From positions 1-60,533 of the forward strand of contig CAZPZW010000003.1 of NCBI GenBank assembly GCA_964591165.1: a stretch of DNA of 60,533 nt, given 5' to 3'. Shown here one piece after another: positions 25,086 to 34,386 of this stretch (its first letter is position 1; each line of letters opens with the position of its first letter). This stretch comes from an uncultured Thermoanaerobaculia bacterium (GTDB lineage: Bacteria > Acidobacteriota > Thermoanaerobaculia > Multivoradales > JAGPDF01). A program made the position numbers and the translations under genes. A model generated the notes under the pieces. That model had not been told where the DNA came from. It saw only the letters and a program-made list of their open reading frames with translations, and ran no database searches.

Positions 25086-26995
25086 TCCCGCTCGAGGTAG
25101 GTGTAGCCGGAGAGGCCCTGCTCGTAGACGCGCAGCAACTGCTTGGACTCCTCGAGCGTGATCCGCTTGCAGCGCAGGGCGATCTCGGAGAAGCGCCGGA
25201 CGTTGGCGAGCAGGTCCTCGCGGTCGTAGCTCACGTACTTCAGGACGTCGGCCACGGTGTCGCCGGTGAGCACGTGGTCGATGTGGTAGCCGCCCTCCTC
25301 GTTGAGAGTCACGTCGAGGGTGTTGGTGTCCCCGAAGAGATTGTGCAGGTCGCCGAGGATCTCCTGGTAGGCGCCGACGAGGAAGACACCGAGATAGTAG
25401 TCCTCGTCGCCGACCGGGTGCAGCTCGAGGACCTGTTTGACGTCGCGCCGGTCGATGAAGCGGTCGATCTTGCCGTCCGAGTCGCAGGTGATGTCGGCGA
25501 GCACGCCGCGGCGGCTCGGCTCCTCGGCCAGGCGGTGGATCGGCAGGACGGGGAAGAGCTGCTCGATCGCCCAGGAGTCGGGCAGCGACTGGAAGACCGA
25601 GAAGTTGCAGAAGTAGGTGTCGGCGAGCATCCGTTCGAGTCCCTCGAGCTCCTCCGGCGTCTCGGGCATCTCGCGGACCATGCGGAGGATCTTGAGCGAC
25701 AGCGCCCAGAAGAGGTCCTCGGCGAGCACCCGTTCGGCGAGCGAGAGGTGGTTGAGGATGAACAGGCTGAGCACTTCGTCCCGGTAACCCACCGCGTCGT
25801 GATAGGCCTCGAGGAGGTTCTTGCGCGAGACCTCGCGCAGCGTTTCGAAGAGGTTGCGGATGGGAGCCGCAGTGCCGTGGGGCAACGCTTCGGGAAGCTC
25901 GCCGACGGTGAACTCGCCCACCCCGAGAACGTCGAAGATCAGCACCGCGTGGTGAGCGACCAAGGCGCGGCCCGACTCCGAGACCAGCGTCGGGTGCGGT
26001 ACGCCGGCGGCGTCACAATGCTCCATGGTGCCGAAGACGATGTCGTTCGCGTACTCCTGCAGGGTGTAGTTCATCGACGAGGAGAAGTTGGTCTGCGAGC
26101 CGTCGTAGTCCACCCCTAGCCCGCCGCCGACGTCGAGCCGGCCGAGCGGCGCGCCGAGTTTGTAGAGCTCGCAGTAGGTGCGCACCGCCTCGCGCAGAGC
26201 CTCCTTGACGTTGCGGATCGAGGAAATCTGGCTGCCGAGGTGGAAGTGCAGCAGTTGGAGCCGGTCGAGCAGTTCGTGGTCGCGCAGGAAACGGACGGCC
26301 TGGAAGAGGCCGCGCGAGCCGAGGCCGAACTTGGAACGATCACCGCCCGAGGCCTCCCAGTGGCCCGCCCCGCGTGCCGTCAGGCGGGCGCGGATCCCGA
26401 TGGCGGGCCGCACTCCGGTGCGTTCGGCGAGACTGGCGATCAACTCGAGCTCGGAGAATTTCTCGACCACCAGGATGATCTGCCGACCGAGCTTCGAGCC
26501 GAGGAGGGCGGTCTCGATGTACTCCTCGTCCTTGTAGCCGTTGCAGATGACCAGCGCCTCGTCGTCCTCCAGCATGCCGAGCACGGCGAGCAGCTCCGGC
26601 TTGGATCCCGCCTCGAGCCCGAAGTTGTAAGGCCGGCCGGCGTGGAGCAGACGCTCGACGACGAAGCGCTCCTGGTTGACCTTGATCGGGTAGACACCGC
26701 GGTACTCGCCGCCGTAGCCGTACTCCGCGATGGCGCGGCGGAACGCCTCGTTGAGCTCGACGACTCGCGCGCCGAGGATCTGGGAGAAGCGCAGGAGGAG
26801 CGGCGGGCTGATGCCGCGCTGGCGGACTTCGTCGACGAGCTCCTTGAGGTCGAGCTTGACGGTCTCCGGGCCCCCGGGGTGAACGACGAGGTTGCCGCGT
26901 TCGCTCACCGAGAAGAAGCGGTTTCCCCATTGACGGACGTTGAAGAGATCGAGCGCATCCTCGATCGACCATTTGCGCAGCGGAAGGGTGGTCAA
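25082..26995 (-). CDS. speA: Biosynthetic arginine decarboxylase
   Basis: YPIKVNQ (PLP Lys), GLEAGSKPEL, CNGYKD, HFHLGSQ, DVGGGLGVDYDG, ESGR, CNFSVFQSLPD.W, DITCDSDG, GAYQEILGDLHNLFG; TTG start 7 nt after SD GAGGAG. Confidence 0.96.
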   Translation of the reverse strand: MTTLPLRKWSIEDALDLFNVRQWGNRFFSVSERGNLVVHPGGPETVKLDLKELVDEVRQRGISPPLLLRFSQILGARVVELNEAFRRAIAEYGYGGEYRGVYPIKVNQERFVVERLLHAGRPYNFGLEAGSKPELLAVLGMLEDDEALVICNGYKDEEYIETALLGSKLGRQIILVVEKFSELELIASLAERTGVRPAIGIRARLTARGAGHWEASGGDRSKFGLGSRGLFQAVRFLRDHELLDRLQLLHFHLGSQISSIRNVKEALREAVRTYCELYKLGAPLGRLDVGGGLGVDYDGSQTNFSSSMNYTLQEYANDIVFGTMEHCDAAGVPHPTLVSESGRALVAHHAVLIFDVLGVGEFTVGELPEALPHGTAAPIRNLFETLREVSRKNLLEAYHDAVGYRDEVLSLFILNHLSLAERVLAEDLFWALSLKILRMVREMPETPEELEGLERMLADTYFCNFSVFQSLPDSWAIEQLFPVLPIHRLAEEPSRRGVLADITCDSDGKIDRFIDRRDVKQVLELHPVGDEDYYLGVFLVGAYQEILGDLHNLFGDTNTLDVTLNEEGGYHIDHVLTGDTVADVLKYVSYDREDLLANVRRFSEIALRCKRITLEESKQLLRVYEQGLSGYTYLERE

Positions 26996-27019
26996 TGCAT
27001 GGCTCCTCGGCGGCCGGGG

Positions 27020-27028
27020 ACTCTAGCA
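27020..27028 (-). promoter_or_regulatory. Candidate extended -10 (TGC-TAGAGT) for speA-malQ
   Basis: Minus strand TGCTAGAGT about 25 nt upstream of TTG26995. Confidence 0.45.
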
Positions 27029-27072
27029 CCGAACGGGGGCGCAGCGACGCCCGGCGGAAGCGCGGTCCCCGC

Positions 27073-28695
27073 TCAGGGCGTGGCGAGCTGGTAGCTCACC
27101 TGGTCGCCGTCGGCGTCCAGCTTCAACGCCGCGGCGGAGTAGCGGTTGGTGGCAGCCGAGAAGACCGCGCGCAGCGGCTGGCTGCGCTCGTCGAGGTCGC
27201 GGACGATGTCGTCGAGGGCGCGCAGACGGGTGGCTCCCGGCGCGAGGTCGAAGACCGTCGACCCGATGTAGGCGTCGGCGGCGTCGAAGAGATCGAGGCG
27301 CACGGAGGCGTCGTCGGCGTCGAGATTCGCCACCGCGAGCGCGGTGGTGTCGCCGGACGCCAGGGTCAGGGAGGGGATCTGCTGCGCCGTGGCGGACCAA
27401 TTCTCGTCCCGGTGCACGGGGACGACCGCACCGCCGGAGGCGCCAGGGGAGCCGGCGGGATGGATCCGGGCGAAGGCCCCCAGATCGCCGGTGGTTCCGG
27501 CTGGAAGGGCGTAGAAGGTCACCCGCAGGGCGCCGCGGGCCGCCGGGAGGCCGAAGGCATAGTGCGCCTGGGGTAACAACAGGTCGGATTCTCCGGCGAG
27601 ATAGAAGCGGCGTGGGCCGAGCGCCTCGTCGTAGGAGATCTCCGCCAGCAGCTCGAGCTCGACGATGGCGGGCGGAAGACCCGCGTTGAACAGCTCGAGC
27701 TGGGTTTCGAGGCCGTCGTCGAGGGAGTCGTAGAAGGCCGGGAACTCCCCGACGGCGATCTCCCAGGCTGGCGTGCTGCCGGTCACCGTGACCTGGACCT
27801 GGGCGTCCGCGAAGCCTCCCTCGGCCGTCCTGGCGCGCAGCGCGACGGCGTAGGTTCCGGGGGCGAGGAAGAGATAGTCGGTGCCCAGTCCGGTCGCCGT
27901 GTCGCCCTCGGCCCAGCCGCCGTCGCCGAAAGTCCACTCGGAGTGCACGAACGTGGCGTTCCCGGTCAGGTCGAAGTGAGCCGGGATGCCGGCCGTGATG
28001 GTCACGGGCCGCAGGATCGAGACGATGGGCGACTCGAGGATCGGCAGCAGGGTCTCGAGGAAGAGCCCGGCGATCTGCTGGTAGCCGTCGCTGTTGGGAT
28101 GCCCGACCGGGTCCTCGACGTCGGGATCGTAGTAGTAGTAGTTCTCGAAGACGTCGGGCAGGCTCTCGAAGAGTGCGAAGTTGTCGACCACCGCGCGATT
28201 GCGCAGCTCGCCGAGCTCCCGGAGGCTCGCGGCGAGTGCCGACGTGCGGGCGTTGTTGCCGTCCGTGGGGGCCTCGGGAATCCGCGGGATCACGGTGGCA
28301 TGCACCGCCCTCATGCCGAGGGCCTCGGCTCGTCCGGCCATCTCGTCGAGATTGAACCGGATGGTCTCGATGCCGACGTGGCGCGAGATGTCGTTGGTCC
28401 CCTCCATGAGCAGCAAAAAATCGCCGCCGAGGGCGAGTACGTCGTCGATCCGCGACAGGCCTTCGCCGGTGGTTTCGCCGCCCACGCCATGGTTCAGCAC
28501 CGTGGCGTCGTAGCCGTAGCCGCCCAACCACTGCTGCAGCCGGCGGGGATAACCGCCGCCTGGTCCGACGGTATCGCCGTACCCTTCGGTGATGCTGTCG
28601 CCGAAGGCGTGGAGGAGGTACTCCTGGCCCGGTGCCGGGGCGGCGACGAGCAGCGCGGCGAGCGCGCACGGTGCCAGACGGAGGAGTTTGCGCAT
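27073..28695 (-). CDS. Secreted SGNH/GDSL hydrolase with a PKD domain and C-terminal beta-sandwich region, 540 aa
   Basis: Signal peptide MRKLLRLAP; blocks FGDSIT, HGVGGET, EGTNDI, D..GHPN; PKD-like WTFGDG...YLFLAPGTYAVAL. Start reassigned to ATG28695. Confidence 0.85.
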   Translation of the reverse strand: MRKLLRLAPCALAALLVAAPAPGQEYLLHAFGDSITEGYGDTVGPGGGYPRRLQQWLGGYGYDATVLNHGVGGETTGEGLSRIDDVLALGGDFLLLMEGTNDISRHVGIETIRFNLDEMAGRAEALGMRAVHATVIPRIPEAPTDGNNARTSALAASLRELGELRNRAVVDNFALFESLPDVFENYYYYDPDVEDPVGHPNSDGYQQIAGLFLETLLPILESPIVSILRPVTITAGIPAHFDLTGNATFVHSEWTFGDGGWAEGDTATGLGTDYLFLAPGTYAVALRARTAEGGFADAQVQVTVTGSTPAWEIAVGEFPAFYDSLDDGLETQLELFNAGLPPAIVELELLAEISYDEALGPRRFYLAGESDLLLPQAHYAFGLPAARGALRVTFYALPAGTTGDLGAFARIHPAGSPGASGGAVVPVHRDENWSATAQQIPSLTLASGDTTALAVANLDADDASVRLDLFDAADAYIGSTVFDLAPGATRLRALDDIVRDLDERSQPLRAVFSAATNRYSAAALKLDADGDQVSYQLATP

Positions 28696-28802
28696 GGGAG
28701 CGAGCAAATGCTCGAAGCACGTAAGTTTAGGAAGCCGCCGCGGGAGTGTCAACGCGGCGAGCGGGGCGCGGGCTGTAGACTTCCCGTCAGCGAGGTGGGG
28801 CC

Positions 28803-29444
28803 TTGAGCGCAGCCGGACTGGATGGCGGCATGGCGGAGCGGATTCGCGAGGCGGTGGCGGAGGCGGAGGCGAGGTCGGGCGGCGAGATCGTGCCGGTCCT
28901 CCTGCCGGCGAGCGACGGCTACGAGGTCGCCTACTGGAAGGGCGCGGCACTCGGCGGGCTTCTGGCCGAAGCTCTGGTCGCGGCTTGGGCGGGTGGATCC
29001 TGGCTGATCGGGTCCGCCTGGCTGATCGCGTCCGGGGCGGCGGGAGCTCTCGGTGGGGCGTTCGCCGCGCTCGCCATCCCGGCGCTGCGGCGCGGTCTCG
29101 CCGGCGAAGCGGAGCTCCAACGCCAGGTCGAGCAGCGGGCGAGCGCGTGTTTCGTGGCGCACGAGGTCTTCCGCACGCGCGAGCGAACCGGAATCCTCAT
29201 CCTGGTCTCGCGCTTCGAGCGCCGCGTCGCGGTGCTCGCCGACGAGGGGATCCGTTCCCGTGTCCCGGACTCGACCTGGGATGCGCTCGCTGCCGAAGTC
29301 GCCGGCAGGGTCCGGCGCGAGGGCGCTGGCCCGGCGCTGCTCGCCGCGGTGCAGGCCGCGGGTGACCTGCTCGCCGCGCAGGGTCCTCCCCGTCGGGCCG
29401 ACGATCGCAACGAGCTGCCGGACCCGCCGCGTTCCGTGCCCTGA
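28803..29444 (+). CDS. TPM-domain membrane protein
   Basis: AVAEAEARSGGEIV, two TMs, EVFRTRERTGILILVS.FERRVAVLADEGI, NELPD. Start could be TTG28803 or ATG28830. Confidence 0.85.
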   Translation: MSAAGLDGGMAERIREAVAEAEARSGGEIVPVLLPASDGYEVAYWKGAALGGLLAEALVAAWAGGSWLIGSAWLIASGAAGALGGAFAALAIPALRRGLAGEAELQRQVEQRASACFVAHEVFRTRERTGILILVSRFERRVAVLADEGIRSRVPDSTWDALAAEVAGRVRREGAGPALLAAVQAAGDLLAAQGPPRRADDRNELPDPPRSVP

Positions 29445-29499
29445 GTGGCCTGAGTGAGATGTTAAGCTGCCGTCGTTTCCTCGACAGGAGCCCGAGACC

Positions 29500-30270
29500 A
29501 TGAACCAGCCCGTTCCCCCTCCGCCGGGCGCTCCGGCGCCGAAAAAAGGAATGTCGACTCTCGTCAAGGTCCTCCTCGGATGCGGTGTGCTCGTCGTGCT
29601 CGGCATCGGGAGCTGCTTCGTCGTCACCGGCTATTTCGTCAAGAAGGGAGTCGGCAAGCTCGAGTCGTTCGCCAAGGAGCTCGAGTCGAACCCCGACGCC
29701 GCGGCGGTCAAGGCGGCGGAGATGGCGCTGCGGCTGAATCCCGAGGTCGACGTGATCTCCTCCGATCCTGCCCAAGGGATCATCACCGTGCGCGAGAAGG
29801 CGACCGGCAAGGAGATCACCTTCGATCTCGAGGACATCAAGGCCGGCAAGTTCAGCATCCGCTCGGGCGACGAGGAGGCGGCGATCGACATCGACGCCAA
29901 CTCCGAGTCGGCGCAGATGAAGGTGGTCACCAAGGACGGGACGACCCGCCTCGGCACCGGGCAGGACATTCCCGACTGGCTGCCGACCTACCCCGGCGGG
30001 CGCAGCGAGGGCATCGCCGCGATCGAATCGCGCGGCGAGAAGAGCGGCTCCTTCACCCTGCGCACGGCGGACCCGATCGACACGGTGCTGGCCTACTACG
30101 AGCAGAAGCTCCAGGCCGCGGGGTTCACGGTCCACCGCGCGGCCCTCAACTTCAACGGCGCGCCCAGCGCCACGCTGACCGGGACCTCGGAGCGCCGCAA
30201 CGTCAATCTCACGGCGACGGCGCAAGAGGGCGAGACGCAGGCGCTGGTGAGCTACAGCGAGAAGCTCTGA
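29500..30270 (+). CDS. Hypothetical single-pass membrane protein
   Basis: SD CAGGAG; Pro-rich N-terminus, TM VLLGCGVLVVLGIGSCFVV, periplasmic region with PDWLPTYPG; strong GC3 bias. Confidence 0.8.
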   Translation: MNQPVPPPPGAPAPKKGMSTLVKVLLGCGVLVVLGIGSCFVVTGYFVKKGVGKLESFAKELESNPDAAAVKAAEMALRLNPEVDVISSDPAQGIITVREKATGKEITFDLEDIKAGKFSIRSGDEEAAIDIDANSESAQMKVVTKDGTTRLGTGQDIPDWLPTYPGGRSEGIAAIESRGEKSGSFTLRTADPIDTVLAYYEQKLQAAGFTVHRAALNFNGAPSATLTGTSERRNVNLTATAQEGETQALVSYSEKL

Positions 30271-30336
30271 CCTGTCGCGTCCGTTGAGCCGAGCGACCGT
30301 CAGGGAGCCTCCGCGATCGAGCGACCGGAGGGAGAC

Positions 30337-31215
30337 GTGAGTCTCTTCCGCCGGCAGGCCACCGGATCGGTGGTGTGCGTCTCGTGCGGGCGTCTGGTCG
30401 GGGTGCGCGACGAGCGCTGCTTCCACTGCGGCCGGCGCAATCCGGCGCTCTGGGGCTACGCGCCGGCTCTGCGCAAGCTGGGCGCCGATCTCGGTTTCGT
30501 CAAGCTGCTGATCGGAGGCTGCGCGGCGCTCTACCTGGTCGCCCTGTTGCTCAGTCCCGGCGCGTTGCAGCCCCGCGGCCTCATGCAGTTGTTCGCTCCG
30601 AGCTCGCGCACGCTCTTCCTGCTCGGCGCGAGCGGCCCGCTGCCGGTCTTCGGACTGGGCCACTTCTGGACCGTGCTGTCGGCGGGCTGGCTGCACGGCA
30701 GCCTGCTGCACATCCTCTTCAACATGATGTGGGTGCGGCAGCTCGCGGCTCCGGTCGCCGACCTCTACGGCGCGGGTCGCATGGTGCTGATCTGGACGGC
30801 GGCCTCGGTGGTGGGCTTCGCCGCGAGCTCGGCGGCCGGCGCCTTTCTGCCCGCCCTGCCGCTCATCGGTTCGCACGCCGCGTTCACCGTCGGTGCCTCG
30901 GCCTCGATCTTCGGGCTGCTCGGCGCTCTGGTGTTCTACGGCCGCCGCAGCGGCCAGCGCGCGATGCGCGATCAGGTCTGGGGTTGGGCGGTGGTGATGT
31001 TCCTCTTCGGGCTGATCATGCCGGGAGTCGACAACTGGGCTCACTTCGGGGGCTTCCTGGGCGGGTACGTGGCGGCGCGACTTCTCGACCCGCTGCGACC
31101 GGAACGCCTGCAACACCTGCTGCTCGCCCTGATCTGTCTCGCCGCCACGTTCGGCTCGATCGTCCTCTCGCTAGTGACCGGCACGCGGCTCCTCTCGGCG
31201 CTCGAGGGCGGATGA
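30337..31215 (+). CDS. Rhomboid intramembrane serine protease with an N-terminal C4 Zn-ribbon
   Basis: CVSCG...CFHCG; WLHGSLLHILFNM, VGASASIFG (catalytic Ser), DNWAHFGG (catalytic His); SD GGAGG. Confidence 0.92.
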   Translation: MSLFRRQATGSVVCVSCGRLVGVRDERCFHCGRRNPALWGYAPALRKLGADLGFVKLLIGGCAALYLVALLLSPGALQPRGLMQLFAPSSRTLFLLGASGPLPVFGLGHFWTVLSAGWLHGSLLHILFNMMWVRQLAAPVADLYGAGRMVLIWTAASVVGFAASSAAGAFLPALPLIGSHAAFTVGASASIFGLLGALVFYGRRSGQRAMRDQVWGWAVVMFLFGLIMPGVDNWAHFGGFLGGYVAARLLDPLRPERLQHLLLALICLAATFGSIVLSLVTGTRLLSALEGG

Positions 31216-33059
31216 GCGAGGCGAAGCGGCGCAAGATCCGGCTCGACGCCGCCTGGCGGGAAGCACGCGAGCTGGTCTGGCGCCAGCGCGGGCGACTCGG
31301 CCTCGCCTTCGCCGTGATGCTGATCGGCCGGCTCGCCGGGCTGGTCCTGCCGGCCTCGTCCAAGTTCCTGATCGACGACGTGCTGGGTGAGGGGAAGCGG
31401 GAACTGCTCGTGCCGCTCGCGTTGGCCGCGGGTCTGGCGACCCTCGTCCAGGCGGCGACCGGCTTCGCGTTGGCGCATCTTCTCGGGATCGCGGCGCAGG
31501 GGCAGATCGCCGCGATGCGCAAGCGGCTGCACGGGCACATTCTCCGCTTGCCGACGCGCTACTTCGACACCACCAAGAGCGGCGAGCTGATCTCGCGGGT
31601 GATGAACGACGCGGAGGGGATCCGCAACCTGGTGGGCACGGGGCTGGTGCAGCTCTGCGGGGGCCTGCTCACCGCGGCGCTGGCGCTCGGCGTCCTGTTC
31701 TGGCTCAACTGGCGACTCACCGCGGCGATTCTCGGCGTGCTGCTGCTGTTCGGCCTGATGCTCGCCTTCGCGTTCCGGCGCCTGCGGCCGATCTTCCGGG
31801 AGCGCAACAAGATCCAGGCCGAGATCACGGGCCGGCTCGGAGAGTCGCTCGGCGGCGTGCGGATCGTCAAGGCCTACACGGCCGAGCGCCTGGAGGGGGA
31901 GGTCTTCGGACGCGGCATCGATCGCCTGTTCGCCAACATCCGGACGACGATGACCGGGATCGCTGGCGTCACGGCGCTCTCCACGGCGCTCCTCGGGGTG
32001 GTCGGCGTGATCATGATGACGATCGGCGGGCGTTCGATCCTCGCCGGGTCGATGACTCTTGGCGACTTCGTGATGTACATCTTCTTCAGCGGCCTGCTGG
32101 TCGCGCCGGTGGCGGAGATCGCCTCGATCGGCACGCAGCTGACCGAGGCTTTCGCCGGCCTCGACCGGATCCGCGAGATCTTCGGCCAAGCGACCGAGGA
32201 CGAGGAGGATCAGACCCGGGAGCCCGTGGGCGAGCTCCGCGGCGAGGTGGTCTGCGAGGACGTGGGCTTTGCCTACGAAGCGGACGCGCCGGTGCTGAGC
32301 GGCGTCTCGTTCGCGGCGCCGGCCGGCTCGACCACCGCTCTGGTGGGCTCCTCGGGCTCCGGCAAGAGCACCCTGATCGGCCTGCTGATGGCCTTCCACC
32401 GCCCGCAGCGGGGTCGCATCCTGGTCGACGGACGAGATCTCGCCCGCTTGCGGCTGACCGACTATCGACGCCACCTCGGTGCAGTCTTCCAGGAGAACTT
32501 CCTGTTCGACGGCACGATCGCCGAGAACATCGCCTATTCCCGGCCGACGGCCAGCCGCGACGAGATCGAGGCCGCGGCGCGGGTGGCGCACTGCGACGAG
32601 TTCGTGACGCGCTTCGAGTTGGGCCTCGACACGGTGGTGGGAGAGCGTGGCGTCAAACTCTCCGGCGGGCAGCGCCAGCGGGTGGCGATCGCGCGCGCCA
32701 TCCTCGCCGACCCGACGATCCTGATCCTCGACGAGGCGACCTCGAGTCTGGACAGCGACAGCGAGGCGATGATCCAGGACGGGCTCGGCAGCCTGCGCGC
32801 CGGGCGCACGACCTTCGTGATCGCGCACCGCCTGTCGACGATCCGCTCCGCCGACCAGATCCTGGTGATCGAAGGGGGCGAGATCGTCGAACGCGGCCGG
32901 CACGACGAGCTGCTCGCGCTCGGCGGCCGCTATCGCCAGCTCCACGACCGGCAGTTCGGCCTGGAGGCGGATCGCTTCCTGAACCCCGGTGAGGACTTCA
33001 CGCCGGTCGAGTCGCCGGCCGGAAGCGTTACGCCCGTTACATCGCCGACCCGGCTCTGA
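31212..33059 (+). CDS. Type IV ABC exporter, fused TMD-NBD (MsbA-like), 615 aa
   Basis: Six-TM N-half; Walker A GSSGSGKS, LSGGQRQR, ILDEATSSLD, IAHRLST; ATGA coupling to the rhomboid gene. Confidence 0.95.
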   Translation: MSEAKRRKIRLDAAWREARELVWRQRGRLGLAFAVMLIGRLAGLVLPASSKFLIDDVLGEGKRELLVPLALAAGLATLVQAATGFALAHLLGIAAQGQIAAMRKRLHGHILRLPTRYFDTTKSGELISRVMNDAEGIRNLVGTGLVQLCGGLLTAALALGVLFWLNWRLTAAILGVLLLFGLMLAFAFRRLRPIFRERNKIQAEITGRLGESLGGVRIVKAYTAERLEGEVFGRGIDRLFANIRTTMTGIAGVTALSTALLGVVGVIMMTIGGRSILAGSMTLGDFVMYIFFSGLLVAPVAEIASIGTQLTEAFAGLDRIREIFGQATEDEEDQTREPVGELRGEVVCEDVGFAYEADAPVLSGVSFAAPAGSTTALVGSSGSGKSTLIGLLMAFHRPQRGRILVDGRDLARLRLTDYRRHLGAVFQENFLFDGTIAENIAYSRPTASRDEIEAAARVAHCDEFVTRFELGLDTVVGERGVKLSGGQRQRVAIARAILADPTILILDEATSSLDSDSEAMIQDGLGSLRAGRTTFVIAHRLSTIRSADQILVIEGGEIVERGRHDELLALGGRYRQLHDRQFGLEADRFLNPGEDFTPVESPAGSVTPVTSPTRL

Positions 33060-33102
33060 GTGGCATGGCGTCCGCCCGGGCGAGGTAGACTGCGAGCTCG
33101 AC

Positions 33103-34386
33103 ATGCAAGCCACCGTGGTGTCCGCCCTCGTCGGAGCGCTCTGGCTCGCCGCATCCCTCTCCGCCCAGGACGGGCGCGGGCCGCTGGCCCTCGAAGTCCA
33201 GGTCGAGGATGCCAAGGGGAAGAACGTGGCCGGCGCCGAGGTGAGATTGGTCTATCTCGCGCCCGAAGGCGGCGCCCTGCCTTCGGTCCTCACCGATGCG
33301 CGCGGCCAGGTGACCGTGGGGGGGCTGTCGGCTGGCCGCTGGACGGTCGAGGTGCGCCACGCCGGACACATGACCTATCTCGCCGAGCTGGCGCTGGCGG
33401 GCGACGCCAAGCCGGAAGTCCTCGCCGCGTCGCAGCAGATGGCGCCCGGGGCGACGTCGACGCTCAAGGTGCGCTTCGCTCGCGGGCGCTCGGAGCGCGC
33501 CGTGCCCGCGCAGCGGCCGCAGCCGGTCGCTCGAGCCGCCCCGCCGTCACCCCCGCCGGTGCTCCCCGCGCCGCCGGCCGCCGAGCCGATGGCGACGCCT
33601 TCGCCGGTCGTGGTCGCGCCGCAGCCGACGAAGCAGGAGCCGACGCCAGTCACTCCCGCACCAGCTCCCGAAGCAGTGCAAGTCCCGTCCCCGCTGCCGG
33701 AGCAGCCCGCGGTGGCGGCACCGAAGCCGGTCCTTGCGGCTCCGGCGCCGCCCGAACCGGCGCCCGCGACGCCGCCGATCGCGGCGCCACCGGTCGCCCC
33801 GCCGATCGCGGCGCCACCGGTTCTGCAGGCGCCAGCAGAGGCGGCGCAAGCCCTCTCCGAAGCGCCCGGGGCGGCTCCGACCAGCCCGCCTCCGGTCGTC
33901 TCCACGCCGGTCGCGCCGGTTCCCGAGCCCCTGGCGGCGCCCCAGCCGGCGCCTCTTCCCCCGGCCCGGCCGCGAGTCTGCGTCGAGTGCCCGCCCGGCG
34001 AATCGGCGGCCTGGGGTGAGGCGACGATCGCGACCGGCAGTGCGGAGGGGTGCCCGAGCGATCTCGCGGCGCGCCTCGCCGCGGTGCCGCTCGAGAAGGT
34101 GGACGAGATCGCGGCCGGCGTCGGCGACGGGTGCCGGATCATGCAGGTCACCCTTCCCGCCGGCGCGCGCTACACCGGCTTTCGTTTCGAGGCGCAGAGC
34201 GGGAGCGTTACCGCGGATTGCCTGCCGGGCCGGGACTGCCCGTCCGGCGGCTGCAAGTTCCCCTTCGCGCCGGTGGTGCGGCGCGCGGGCCAGCGCACCA
34301 CGTTGCTCGCAGCCTTCGCGAGCACCGTACGCGAGCCGCGGCGGGCGTTGGTCGTGGGCTATTCGACCTACGACAAGAAGCGCTAG
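33103..34386 (+). CDS. Exported protein: carboxypeptidase-regulatory-like domain, long Pro/Ala linker and Cys-rich C-domain; 427 aa
   Basis: Signal peptide; VQVEDAKGKNVAGAEV...TDARGQVTVGGLSAGRWTVEV; linker with a duplicated PPIAAPPV; 7 Cys in the last ~140 aa. Confidence 0.75.
   Translation: MQATVVSALVGALWLAASLSAQDGRGPLALEVQVEDAKGKNVAGAEVRLVYLAPEGGALPSVLTDARGQVTVGGLSAGRWTVEVRHAGHMTYLAELALAGDAKPEVLAASQQMAPGATSTLKVRFARGRSERAVPAQRPQPVARAAPPSPPPVLPAPPAAEPMATPSPVVVAPQPTKQEPTPVTPAPAPEAVQVPSPLPEQPAVAAPKPVLAAPAPPEPAPATPPIAAPPVAPPIAAPPVLQAPAEAAQALSEAPGAAPTSPPPVVSTPVAPVPEPLAAPQPAPLPPARPRVCVECPPGESAAWGEATIATGSAEGCPSDLAARLAAVPLEKVDEIAAGVGDGCRIMQVTLPAGARYTGFRFEAQSGSVTADCLPGRDCPSGGCKFPFAPVVRRAGQRTTLLAAFASTVREPRRALVVGYSTYDKKR

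Noticed and set aside
34383-34386. Convergent stop codons sharing a CTAG palindrome
   Set aside because: Short 3' overlaps of convergent genes are common (also 15830-15836); no further signal.
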